A DNA stretch of 64,000 bases from Gammaproteobacteria bacterium (GTDB lineage Bacteria > Pseudomonadota > Gammaproteobacteria > Ga0077536): positions 1,600,001 through 1,664,000 of the forward strand of contig CAXXLL010000003.1 of NCBI GenBank assembly GCA_963662545.2, written 5' to 3'. A program made the position numbers and the translations under genes. This document shows, in pieces, positions 1-8,347 of the stretch. Below the pieces are notes generated by a model. The model saw only the letters and a list, made by a program, of their open reading frames with translations, was not told the origin of the DNA and made no database searches. The first letter of the stretch is position 1, and the number at the start of each line of letters is the position of its first letter.

Positions 1-52
1 CACCGCCGATCAGGTGCCATATTATCCGCAAAACGGTCGTTTGAGAGCCTAA

Positions 53-86
53 CAGGATATTGAAAAACGTGTTTTTCGACACGCCG
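53..86. repeat. Short imperfect palindromic element (family C, CAGGxTxTTGAAAAAC...GTTTTTC) abutting the panC stop
   Basis: CAGGATATTGAAAAACGTGTTTTTCGACACGCCG, flanked by CTAA/CTA; ends resemble those at 24449 and 49243. Confidence 0.45.
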
Positions 87-962
87 CTATAAGGACGCCC
101 CGCGCAAAGGTTCCTCGAGTAAAACCTGCACGTTGTCTATGAGTCGGGCTTTCCCAAGCCATACCGCCATAAGAATGATCAATTCCCGGTCGCCGGTCCC
201 TGCTGGAGTGAGATCTTCGCTTCGCCGCACCGAGACATACTCGAGGCGCATGCCTTTTTCTTCGACGGCCTCACGACAAGCCGCTTCCAAAATTGTAATC
301 GTCGTCCTTTGTAATTTCAGATTTTCCGCCGCCGTACTCAGAGATTCGTAGATTACGGCAGCATACTGACGGAATTCTGACGTCAGATAATTGTTGCGTG
401 AACTCATAGCAAGCCCATTGTCTTCGCGGATGATCGGCAGAGCGATGATCTCCACTGGAATCAAAAGGTCCTGCACCATCCGCCGAATGACGAGAACCTG
501 TTGAAAATCCTTCTCACCGAACAGGGCGAAATCCGGCTGTACGTTGTTCAATAGTTTGATTACGACGGTGGCGACACCGGTGAAATGCCCGGGCCGGGAT
601 TCGCCGCACAATATCTCTGAGATAGCAGGAACGGTCACCCTCGTGTCTTCCGTGATTCCACCGGGATACAATTCCTTCAGATTGGGCGTGAAAACGAGAT
701 CGACTCCGGCCCGCTCCAGCTTTTCGTTGTCTGAATCCAGCGTGCTCGGATAATGCTCGTAATCCTCGCCCCGGCCGAACTGTATCGGATTGACGAAAAT
801 ACTGACCACGGTCCTTTTGGCAATCCCCCGCGCATGGCTTAGAAGGGAAAGATGACCTTCATGCAAGTTCCCCATGGTCGGGACGAGCGCGATCTTGTCA
901 TCCGTTCTCTTCCACTCGCGAATTAACCGCCGAAGAGATTTTATGTCGTGGATCGTATTCAT
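87..962 (-). CDS. panC: Pantoate--beta-alanine ligase
   Basis: VPTMGNLHEGHLSL, SIFVNPIQF, RPGHFTGV, FGEKDFQQ, GLAMSSRN, RLIDN motifs. Confidence 0.97.
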   Translation of the reverse strand: MNTIHDIKSLRRLIREWKRTDDKIALVPTMGNLHEGHLSLLSHARGIAKRTVVSIFVNPIQFGRGEDYEHYPSTLDSDNEKLERAGVDLVFTPNLKELYPGGITEDTRVTVPAISEILCGESRPGHFTGVATVVIKLLNNVQPDFALFGEKDFQQVLVIRRMVQDLLIPVEIIALPIIREDNGLAMSSRNNYLTSEFRQYAAVIYESLSTAAENLKLQRTTITILEAACREAVEEKGMRLEYVSVRRSEDLTPAGTGDRELIILMAVWLGKARLIDNVQVLLEEPLRGASL

Positions 963-1063
963 TACTCAAGGCACGTTGTTTCGCTACATTGCCGGTTGGA
1001 ACGTAAAGGACCGCAAGTCATTCCCGCAATGCCCTAGCAGCCTGCAGGCATCACCAAACGCCA

Positions 1064-1576
1064 TCACGCTGGCGTGAGAGGTTCCTCTATTCTTATCACT
1101 TCTGTCGTATCGATCATCCCGAGAAGTTCACTGATGGAGGCGTGCCCCGGTATCGATAAGTCCGGGTCTATTTCGGCCATGGGAACGAGAACGAACGCGC
1201 GTTCTGGAATCCCCGGGTGTGGAACGCGCAGTCCGGGTTGGTCGATGATTTCATCGCCATAGATGAGCAGATCGAGATCAATCGTCCTCGGCCCCCAACG
1301 AATTCCGTCCCGTATCCGGCCCTGAGCACACTCTATCGATTGCAAATGTTTCAACAAGGCATGGGGCTCGAGGCGGGTGGCGAGCCGAACCACGGCATTG
1401 ACGTAGTCCGGTTGATCCGGCGGACCCATGGGTGGAGTTTGATAAAGCGACGAACAACTATCGATTCTGCTGGACGGGATCGACGCCAATCGATCGGTGG
1501 CGTTATGGATCTGCTTGACCGGATCGCCAAGATTGCTGCCGAAGCCGATAAAACTCGCTACTTCAATTCGCATCAA
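1064..1576 (-). CDS. folK: 2-amino-4-hydroxy-6-hydroxymethyldihydropteridine diphosphokinase
   Basis: GSNLGD, QPDYVNAV, RWGPRTIDLDLL, VPHP..ERAFVLVP; follows pcnB. Confidence 0.96.
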   Translation of the reverse strand: MMRIEVASFIGFGSNLGDPVKQIHNATDRLASIPSSRIDSCSSLYQTPPMGPPDQPDYVNAVVRLATRLEPHALLKHLQSIECAQGRIRDGIRWGPRTIDLDLLIYGDEIIDQPGLRVPHPGIPERAFVLVPMAEIDPDLSIPGHASISELLGMIDTTEVIRIEEPLTPA

Positions 1577-2889
1577 ACCTGGGGGCGTCTTCGGCGGCGG
1601 TGCTTTTTTTTACGTTCAGACTGATTCTTGACCTTATCGAGCAATACCTCGCGTTCCGTATCGTCGGCATCCTGATACTCAGTCCACCATTCATAGAGTT
1701 CCTGAACAGGCTCTCCGGACTCTGCTCGCAACTCGAGAAAATCGTATGCGGCCCTGAAGCGGGGATGTTCGATCAATTTGGCTACCCGCTTGCGCGTGCG
1801 CTTGGGCAGCCGCAGCTGCAGCGCCCAGATTTCACGAGTGACCTGAGTAAATCGCCGGGGAACCGCGAGGCGGGCTACTTGTTCCGACAATAACTTATCC
1901 GCCGCAATCGACAACGCGTCCGTCGCATCCACGCCCCCTGCTTCCAACTTTTGGCGTTCATTGTCGACGGTGTCCCAAAGCAATGCGGCGATAAGAAAGG
2001 CTGGCGTTACGGATTTTGACTCAGCGATGCGGGTGTCGGTATTCGCTAGTGCGTGGCCAACCAGCGTGCCAGGAAAGCCGCCATGTTGATGTTCGAGCTC
2101 CGCGTCGGTCAAGGGGAATAATTTCGAAAACAGATCGTAATGCCTCAACGCTTCGAAGGTCTGCAGAGCCGCACCGCCATGAAACAGTTTCAAGGTTTCA
2201 TCGAAAAGTCGCGCCGGTGAAATTTCGATCAGTAAGTCGCCAAGCTCACTAAGCGGTTCCGCCGTGCGATCGTCCAGCTTGAAGCCTAGTTTTACGGCGA
2301 AACGAACCGCCCGCAGCATGCGAACCGGATCCTCACGATATCGCTGATAGGGGTCGCCGATTACTTTCAGTATGCCCCTTTTGAGGTCCTCGACACCGCC
2401 GACGTAATCGATCACGCTGAAATCACGAATGTCATAATAAAGTGCATTCACCGTGAAATCGCGCCGCCACACATCGTCATCGACCTCACCGTAGACGTTG
2501 TCCCGTAGAATACGGCCTTCCTCGCTGACCTCGGCGGAATCGTCATCAGCACGATGGGCCGCGCGGAAGGTGGCCACTTCGATGACTTCGCGCCCGAAGC
2601 GGATGTGCGCCAGGCGAAATCGCCGTCCGATCAACCTGCAATTGCGAAACAGCTCGCGTACCTGCTCCGGTATCGCATCAGTAGCGATGTCGAAATCCTT
2701 GGGTTCCCGACCGAGCAGTAGATCCCGTACACCTCCGCCGACAAGGCAAGCCTTGAAACCGGCGTTGTTGAGCCGGTAGAGCACTTTCAGCGCGCTCGGC
2801 GAAATGTATTTCCGCGATATCGAGTGTTCGTCCCGCGAATAAATTCGCGGCGGGCGGGGAATGCTTGCTACTTTTCGTTCGGCGCGCAT
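1573..2889 (-). CDS. pcnB: Poly(A) polymerase I
   Basis: LVGGGVRDLLLGREPKDFDIAT, LIGRRFRLAH, RRDFTVNALYY, HPRFRAAYDFL, basic C-terminal tail; start uncertain. Confidence 0.96.
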   Translation of the reverse strand: MRAERKVASIPRPPRIYSRDEHSISRKYISPSALKVLYRLNNAGFKACLVGGGVRDLLLGREPKDFDIATDAIPEQVRELFRNCRLIGRRFRLAHIRFGREVIEVATFRAAHRADDDSAEVSEEGRILRDNVYGEVDDDVWRRDFTVNALYYDIRDFSVIDYVGGVEDLKRGILKVIGDPYQRYREDPVRMLRAVRFAVKLGFKLDDRTAEPLSELGDLLIEISPARLFDETLKLFHGGAALQTFEALRHYDLFSKLFPLTDAELEHQHGGFPGTLVGHALANTDTRIAESKSVTPAFLIAALLWDTVDNERQKLEAGGVDATDALSIAADKLLSEQVARLAVPRRFTQVTREIWALQLRLPKRTRKRVAKLIEHPRFRAAYDFLELRAESGEPVQELYEWWTEYQDADDTEREVLLDKVKNQSERKKKHRRRRRPQV

Positions 2890-2969
2890 GAACGCATGAG
2901 AGGAAGGATAAGGGTGGTGAAAAATCCGGGCAGGTCGGGCCTTATGATAGCATCCGATGCCGACGCGCC

Positions 2970-3045
2970 GCTCCCTTCGTCTAGTGGCCCAGGACGTCGG
3001 CCTCTCACGCCGAAAACAGGGGTTCGAGTCCCCTAGGGAGCGCCA
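2970..3045 (+). tRNA. tRNA-Glu, anticodon CTC
   Basis: GCTCCCT/AGGGAGC acceptor stem, anticodon arm TCGGC-CTCTCAC-GCCGA, GGTTCGAGTCC T-loop, encoded CCA; 76 nt. Confidence 0.96.
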
Positions 3046-4130
3046 TCTTCACCGGACCTGCAGTCCTCCCCCCAAGTGCCCTCACAAACATGCGAATCGG
3101 CGATCACGACCGCGGGGGCCGGATACAAAGTCAAATCGTCTTTCAGCCATGCAGCATTATCTAATTTAAAACGATTGCGCAGCTTTGACTCGAACGGCGC
3201 CGCCGCTAGTCCTACGCTGTGACCGCTACGATGCCGATCGATCAGCATTGCGATCGCGAAGGCAACGAGATCCGGCTGTTCGATATGAACGTAATGACCG
3301 CTGATCCCCGCCACAAGATGGGCTGACACTGGGCTAGAGGCCGCCAGATCTACCTGGAGTTCGAGCCAGAGCTTCTCGATAAGAAACCGCTTGGCGCTAT
3401 GTTCTCCTTCGATCCTTCCGCGGGTAATTACGATCAGGGGTAAATCGCGCAATGGCTTTGAAGTCCTTATCTGACGCCCACTGTCACGGAAATTTAATAG
3501 TTCGCTCGCCAGCGTGCGGCGCATTTTCCAGTGTCCGGACCGCTGGATCACCCTTCGTTTAAGGTCGTCGGGCAAGCGAACGTGCGGCGGCGGCGGTTCG
3601 CGAAACTGAACAATGCCATAACGGGTACTCGGCGCGGTGGTCATGTTCAGAGGCGGAGCAAGAAAGCGTTCGACCTGATCCGGATGCGATGCGTCGATTA
3701 ACACGAGGCCGGCACTTAGATAGGGATATCTGCGCGCGAACAACTGCATGTTGTATCCGCCGAATGAATGTCCGACGAGGATGAACGGAGGCGACACCGA
3801 AGCTTCGTTCAAAAGGAGAAACAGTTCGTTTGCGATCCGTGAACTGGTGCGCGGCATGGGTCCCATATCACTCTTGCCGTAGCCCGCACGATCGTAGGTG
3901 CAGACTTTAGTAATTTCACGTAATCGCTGGCTCACGAAAATCCATTCGAGAGACGAACCACCGAGGCCGGAGTCCATAATCACCGTCGGCGTGTCGTATC
4001 CTTCGCAAGAAATCTGCAGACGATAATTGTCAATGAAGATATGATCGACGTCGGCCGTGCTTGCAGAGGTAGCAATCAGTGCCAGCGCCGCAGTGACAAG
4101 TGAGCGCTCCGGGCTTTTGGCAAGGCGCAT
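3033..4130 (-). CDS. Exported alpha/beta-fold hydrolase
   Basis: YDRAGYGKSD, LVGHSFGG nucleophile elbow, SGHYVHIEQPD; hydrophobic N-terminus; start set at MRLAK (track ORF runs to 4232). Confidence 0.85.
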   Translation of the reverse strand: MRLAKSPERSLVTAALALIATSASTADVDHIFIDNYRLQISCEGYDTPTVIMDSGLGGSSLEWIFVSQRLREITKVCTYDRAGYGKSDMGPMPRTSSRIANELFLLLNEASVSPPFILVGHSFGGYNMQLFARRYPYLSAGLVLIDASHPDQVERFLAPPLNMTTAPSTRYGIVQFREPPPPHVRLPDDLKRRVIQRSGHWKMRRTLASELLNFRDSGRQIRTSKPLRDLPLIVITRGRIEGEHSAKRFLIEKLWLELQVDLAASSPVSAHLVAGISGHYVHIEQPDLVAFAIAMLIDRHRSGHSVGLAAAPFESKLRNRFKLDNAAWLKDDLTLYPAPAVVIADSHVCEGTWGEDCRSGEDGAP

Positions 4131-4217
4131 ATTCGAGCTCTCTAATGCCATGCGCAAGGTAGATCCATTTCCGCTTATACCACTCTGGGAACATAGCACA
4201 ATAGTGGTCTCGCAATC

Positions 4218-4640
4218 GTGAATTCCGACCATGAATTCGTGTCTTTCCCGCGTCGCCTCGCGGCTTTGCTTTATGACATCGTCGCCGTTTTCACCGTGCT
4301 CTATTTCGCATCTTTCGTGCCGGTATTAGCCGCCGGCGGAGACGCCATCACCCCTGGGAATCCATTATTCGTTATTTACCTCCTGGTGATTGCGTTCGGC
4401 TATTTCGGCCTCTCCTGGACGCGCGGCCGAACGCTCGGCATGCAAGCCTGGAAGCTCGAAATACGCGCGTGCGCAGATACGCGGCGTTTGACCTGGAAGC
4501 AAGCCTTGATTCGCTTCGCGGGCGCCGCACTCTCGATCGCGATTTTTGGTATTGGATATTTCTCTGCATTGACCGATGCTGAAAATCGTACCTGGCATGA
4601 CCGATTATCGAAATCTCGCCTGGTCCGGAAGGATCCGTGA
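4218..4640 (+). CDS. RDD family membrane protein
   Basis: RRLAALLYD, GRTLGMQAW, WHDRLS motifs; usual position convergent with lptG. Confidence 0.92.
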   Translation: MNSDHEFVSFPRRLAALLYDIVAVFTVLYFASFVPVLAAGGDAITPGNPLFVIYLLVIAFGYFGLSWTRGRTLGMQAWKLEIRACADTRRLTWKQALIRFAGAALSIAIFGIGYFSALTDAENRTWHDRLSKSRLVRKDP

Positions 4641-4724
4641 AACACGCAGCTAGTCCCCCTACATAGGTCGGATCTTAGGGATTGAACTGACACGCAGACG
4701 CACGACGGAGCGACAAAAAAATAT

Positions 4725-4824
4725 AACCACGGAGAACACTAAGAACACGGAGTAAAGTAATAAATGACCGTCTACATACCTTATTTTACTGTTTAGCTTC
4801 GTGTTCTTTGTGTTCTTCGTGGTT
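4725..4824. repeat. REP-like long hairpin between convergent genes (AACCACGGAGAACAC.../...GTGTTCTTCGTGGTT)
   Basis: Inverted arms AACCACGGAGAACACTAAGAACACGGAG and CTTCGTGTTCTTTGTGTTCTTCGTGGTT. Confidence 0.75.
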
Positions 4825-4932
4825 CATTGCGATTGCATTGCGGAACTGTGAGCTTAAGAACTAACCCATGAGCGCGCCTATTGCACGAAGGCGGGCTAGC
4901 CCATTGGTGAGCAAGTCCAGACCGCGAACGCG

Positions 4933-6006
4933 CTATAGCGTTCGATAATTCAGTACGACGCCGATCGTGAACATCGCCAGGGTCGGGCCCATGGCGCTGA
5001 CGACGGCGGGTGTGTTGAATACGATGCCTAGATGTCCCGATGCCTGATTGAGAACGTGAAAGGTAAGGCCGATCAATGCGCCGACCATGATGCGCCGACC
5101 GATGGAAACCGAACGCGAACCGCCTAATACCAATGGAATGGCCAGGAATACCATGACGGCCGTTGCCAGTGGATATCCCATCTTGACCCAAAGTGCATGC
5201 TCATAACGCTGCGCGCTCTGTCCGCTATCACGAATAAAACCGACATAACGAACGAGGTCAATGAGTGACAGGCTGTCGGGGTTGATCGCCACCATGCCAA
5301 TCAATTCCGGATCGAGAAGTGAGTCCCAGATCGCTTTCTCGATATGGCGTGATTCTGTCGCCACTTCCTTGAACGAGGTTTGCATGATGTTCCGGAGCTC
5401 CCAGCGCCCTCGCTGATAATGTGCGGACTCCGCGTGAGTCGCCGTTCTGAGCCGATTATCGGCATCGTACTCGTAAATATTTATGTCGCGGAATTGGTCA
5501 TTAGGCAGCACTTCTCGGATGTTGATATAGCTGTTCCCATCCCGTGCCCAAAATCCTTTTTCCGACCGCTGCGTTATCCGGCCATCGATGGCTGAGGAAC
5601 GATATTCGCGCGCATAACGTTCCGCTGGCGGGAAGAGCAACTCCCCGATGATCACGGCAAGTACGGCAAAGAACAGCCCGGCTTTCATGACCGACCAGAT
5701 GATTCGAAGTTTGGAAACACCCGCGCAGCGAACCACTGGTATCTCATTGGTCTCCATCATCGAACCGAGTCCAAGCAGTGCGCCGATCAGCGCCGCAATC
5801 GGAAAAAGTTCATAGGCCAATCCGGGGGCGCGTAAGAGAACAACCGTACATACCTGCCCGAGACCATATGAACCACGGCCAATCTCTTCGAGTTCATCGA
5901 TGAACGTGAAGAATAGGAAGATCGCCAGCAGAACAAACATCACCGTAAGCGTCGCCGAGATCACAGCGTGACCTATATAGCGATCTAAGATCTTCATTTG
6001 CACCAT
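4933..6006 (-). CDS. lptG: LPS export ABC transporter permease LptG
   Basis: MKILDRYIG, ELFPIAALIGALLGLG..NE, GFWARDG; multi-TM; start may be 5997. Confidence 0.92.
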   Translation of the reverse strand: MVQMKILDRYIGHAVISATLTVMFVLLAIFLFFTFIDELEEIGRGSYGLGQVCTVVLLRAPGLAYELFPIAALIGALLGLGSMMETNEIPVVRCAGVSKLRIIWSVMKAGLFFAVLAVIIGELLFPPAERYAREYRSSAIDGRITQRSEKGFWARDGNSYINIREVLPNDQFRDINIYEYDADNRLRTATHAESAHYQRGRWELRNIMQTSFKEVATESRHIEKAIWDSLLDPELIGMVAINPDSLSLIDLVRYVGFIRDSGQSAQRYEHALWVKMGYPLATAVMVFLAIPLVLGGSRSVSIGRRIMVGALIGLTFHVLNQASGHLGIVFNTPAVVSAMGPTLAMFTIGVVLNYRTL

Positions 6007-6156
6007 GGGCGTGCACCGTGATGAGTCAATTCATGCGGCTCTTTGCGCCTCAAGACGCAAAAGAATACACTGCGATCCGGTCGGGCGCAGCCTCTACCTA
6101 TTGCGCCGGCCTCCCTTTTCAGTTGTTGAAATGGACTACTCACGGCGAGGAAAGCT

Positions 6157-7644
6157 ATGGAATTTTCCGTGAAGCGCGGCGCGCCCCGTAAACAAAAGAC
6201 TGCATGCATCATCGTCGGTGTCCATACCGGCAAGATCCTGAGCAGGAGTGCGGAAGACCTGGATAAGGCGAGCCGCGGCGCACTGCGACGCATCGTCGAA
6301 CGAGGCGATATCGGCGGCAAGCCCGGTGAAACTATTCTCCTGCCGGACGTATCAGGAATAAGCGGCGACCGGGTTCTCCTCGTCGGTGTCGGTAAACGCG
6401 AAGGCGCGACGGCGGCGGATTTCCGCAAACTCGTCGGCAATGCCGCGAGCGCCTTAAATCGGATGAAAATCCGCAATGCGGTAAGTACGTTGATTGAAGT
6501 CGAAGTGCAGGAGCACGACATCAATTGGAAGCTGGATCAGCATTTAACGGCTTTCGCCGCCTCGTCTTATCGGTTCAATGAACTCAAGTCCAAACGCGAA
6601 CCCGCGCGACTGGGCCGTACGGGTTTTCTCCTCAAAGATGAAGAAGTTTCGGCGGCGCGTGCAGGGATGAAAGTGGCCCGCGCCAAAGCTGCCGGCATCG
6701 AACTCATGAAGGACCTCGCTAATCGTCCGGCCAATTTATGCACGCCTACCTACCTCGCGGAACAGGCAGCGGGACTTTCGGAGCAAGCGGATTCGCTAAA
6801 ACTGACCGTCCTCGACGAAGCGAAAATGGAAGAACTCGGTATGGGCGCACTCCTGTCCGTCTCGATGGGATCCCGACAGCCAGCAAAGCTGATTACTCTT
6901 GAATATAGCGGTACCGGCGACAACTCGGCTCCGATCGTACTCGTTGGCAAAGGGGTGACCTTCGACTCCGGCGGTATTTCAATCAAACCGTCTCCTGCGA
7001 TGGACGAGATGAAGTTCGACATGTCCGGCGCGGCCAGCGTGCTCGGTACTATGGCGGCGGTCGCGATGATCGGTCCGTCCGTCAATGTCGTCGGCGTTAT
7101 ACCCGCGACCGAGAATCTGCCCGACGGAAATGCCAGCAAACCCGGCGATGTCGTAACCAGCATGTCAGGGCAAACGATAGAAGTGTTGAACACCGACGCC
7201 GAGGGACGACTGATCTTGTGTGACGCCTTGACCTATAGCGCACGATTCAATCCCGAGGTCGTCATCGATATTGCAACCCTCACGGGCGCCTGCGTCGTTG
7301 CGCTTGGCGCGCATGCCAGCGGTCTGATGAGCAATGACGAGGAACTCGCCGACGACCTGCTCGCCAGCGGACAACGCACCGGGGATCGTGTCTGGCGCTT
7401 GCCGATTTGGAGTGAGTATCAGAAGCAGATTGACAGTCCTTTCGCCGATATGGCCAACGTCGGTGGACGCGCCGCGGGAACTATTACTGCCGCCTGTTTT
7501 CTATCACGATTCACCGGCGATTACCGTTGGGCTCATATCGACATCGCAGGAACCGCGTGGATTTCGGGCAAGTCAAAAGGTTCGACCGGCCGCCCCGTAC
7601 CACTGCTGCTCGATTACATCCTGACTCGCGCGAACGTCGATTGA
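6157..7644 (+). CDS. pepA: Leucyl aminopeptidase A
   Basis: VGKGVTFDSGGISIK, MKFDMSGAA, NTDAEGRL, WAHIDIAGT. Confidence 0.97.
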   Translation: MEFSVKRGAPRKQKTACIIVGVHTGKILSRSAEDLDKASRGALRRIVERGDIGGKPGETILLPDVSGISGDRVLLVGVGKREGATAADFRKLVGNAASALNRMKIRNAVSTLIEVEVQEHDINWKLDQHLTAFAASSYRFNELKSKREPARLGRTGFLLKDEEVSAARAGMKVARAKAAGIELMKDLANRPANLCTPTYLAEQAAGLSEQADSLKLTVLDEAKMEELGMGALLSVSMGSRQPAKLITLEYSGTGDNSAPIVLVGKGVTFDSGGISIKPSPAMDEMKFDMSGAASVLGTMAAVAMIGPSVNVVGVIPATENLPDGNASKPGDVVTSMSGQTIEVLNTDAEGRLILCDALTYSARFNPEVVIDIATLTGACVVALGAHASGLMSNDEELADDLLASGQRTGDRVWRLPIWSEYQKQIDSPFADMANVGGRAAGTITAACFLSRFTGDYRWAHIDIAGTAWISGKSKGSTGRPVPLLLDYILTRANVD

Positions 7645-7647
7645 GCA

Positions 7648-8076
7648 ATGACGCGAATCGATTTTTACGTCCTCGATTCGCCTACCACTGACCGTCACGA
7701 TCGAATGATCTGCCGGATCGTGGAAAAGGCGTGGCAGCGCGGCCACTCCGTTTACATACAGTGCCAGGACCTGGCCTCCGCCAGGTCATTCGATCAAATG
7801 CTTTGGCAGTTCACGGATACTAGCTTCGTCCCGCATGCCATCGATGGCAGCGACGCGGAAGATTCGCCCGTCGCCATCGGTATTCAATCGGATGCGGTAT
7901 CCAGTCCGGATGTACTCGTAAACTTAGCCATGGATGTTCCCGGTTCAGCTAGCCGCTTTGTCCGTGTCATCGAATCGGCGGGTTACGACGCTACATCGCG
8001 TACCGCGGCCCGCACGCGTTACCGTTATTATCAGGATCGAGGATTTCCGCTGAATACCCACAAACTCAATCTTTGA
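7648..8076 (+). CDS. holC: DNA polymerase III chi subunit
   Basis: MTRIDFYVL, LWQF...SFVPH, AARTRYRYY; pepA-holC-valS synteny. Confidence 0.95.
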   Translation: MTRIDFYVLDSPTTDRHDRMICRIVEKAWQRGHSVYIQCQDLASARSFDQMLWQFTDTSFVPHAIDGSDAEDSPVAIGIQSDAVSSPDVLVNLAMDVPGSASRFVRVIESAGYDATSRTAARTRYRYYQDRGFPLNTHKLNL

Positions 8077-8081
8077 GATAT

Positions 8082-8347
8082 ATGAACCTAGCTCAGAATT
8101 ATCCGCATGTGAGCCGGGAGCAATTTTCGCGCAGTTCAAGGCGCGAGGAGCGTGGTTTAGCACCGCTAAATGAGCGACGAGTAACGCCGAAATGCACGAA
8201 AGTCGCCTTAGGCCCCGGGTTGCGCCCTGAAAGCGCGCTGGTTTCGTTGCAGCGCTTGTACATAGCGGAACTCAGCCCTGCGCACTGCGCCTCGCCATCG
8301 CGCGCCCACGCACAACGCACAAGCGGATAATTCTGAGCTAGGTTCAT
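8082..8347. mobile_element. MITE-like element (family B), 266 bp, perfect 25-bp terminal inverted repeats
   Basis: ATGAACCTAGCTCAGAATTATCCGC ... GCGGATAATTCTGAGCTAGGTTCAT; partial homolog at 41569. Confidence 0.85.

Noticed and set aside
3046-4640. Genomic island at tRNA-Glu
   Set aside because: No integrase, no duplicated tRNA 3' end seen, and core synteny resumes at the RDD gene.
5994-6524. 176-aa minus-strand ORF upstream of lptG as a possible lptF
   Set aside because: Mostly antisense to pepA, too short and without the transmembrane pattern of LptF.
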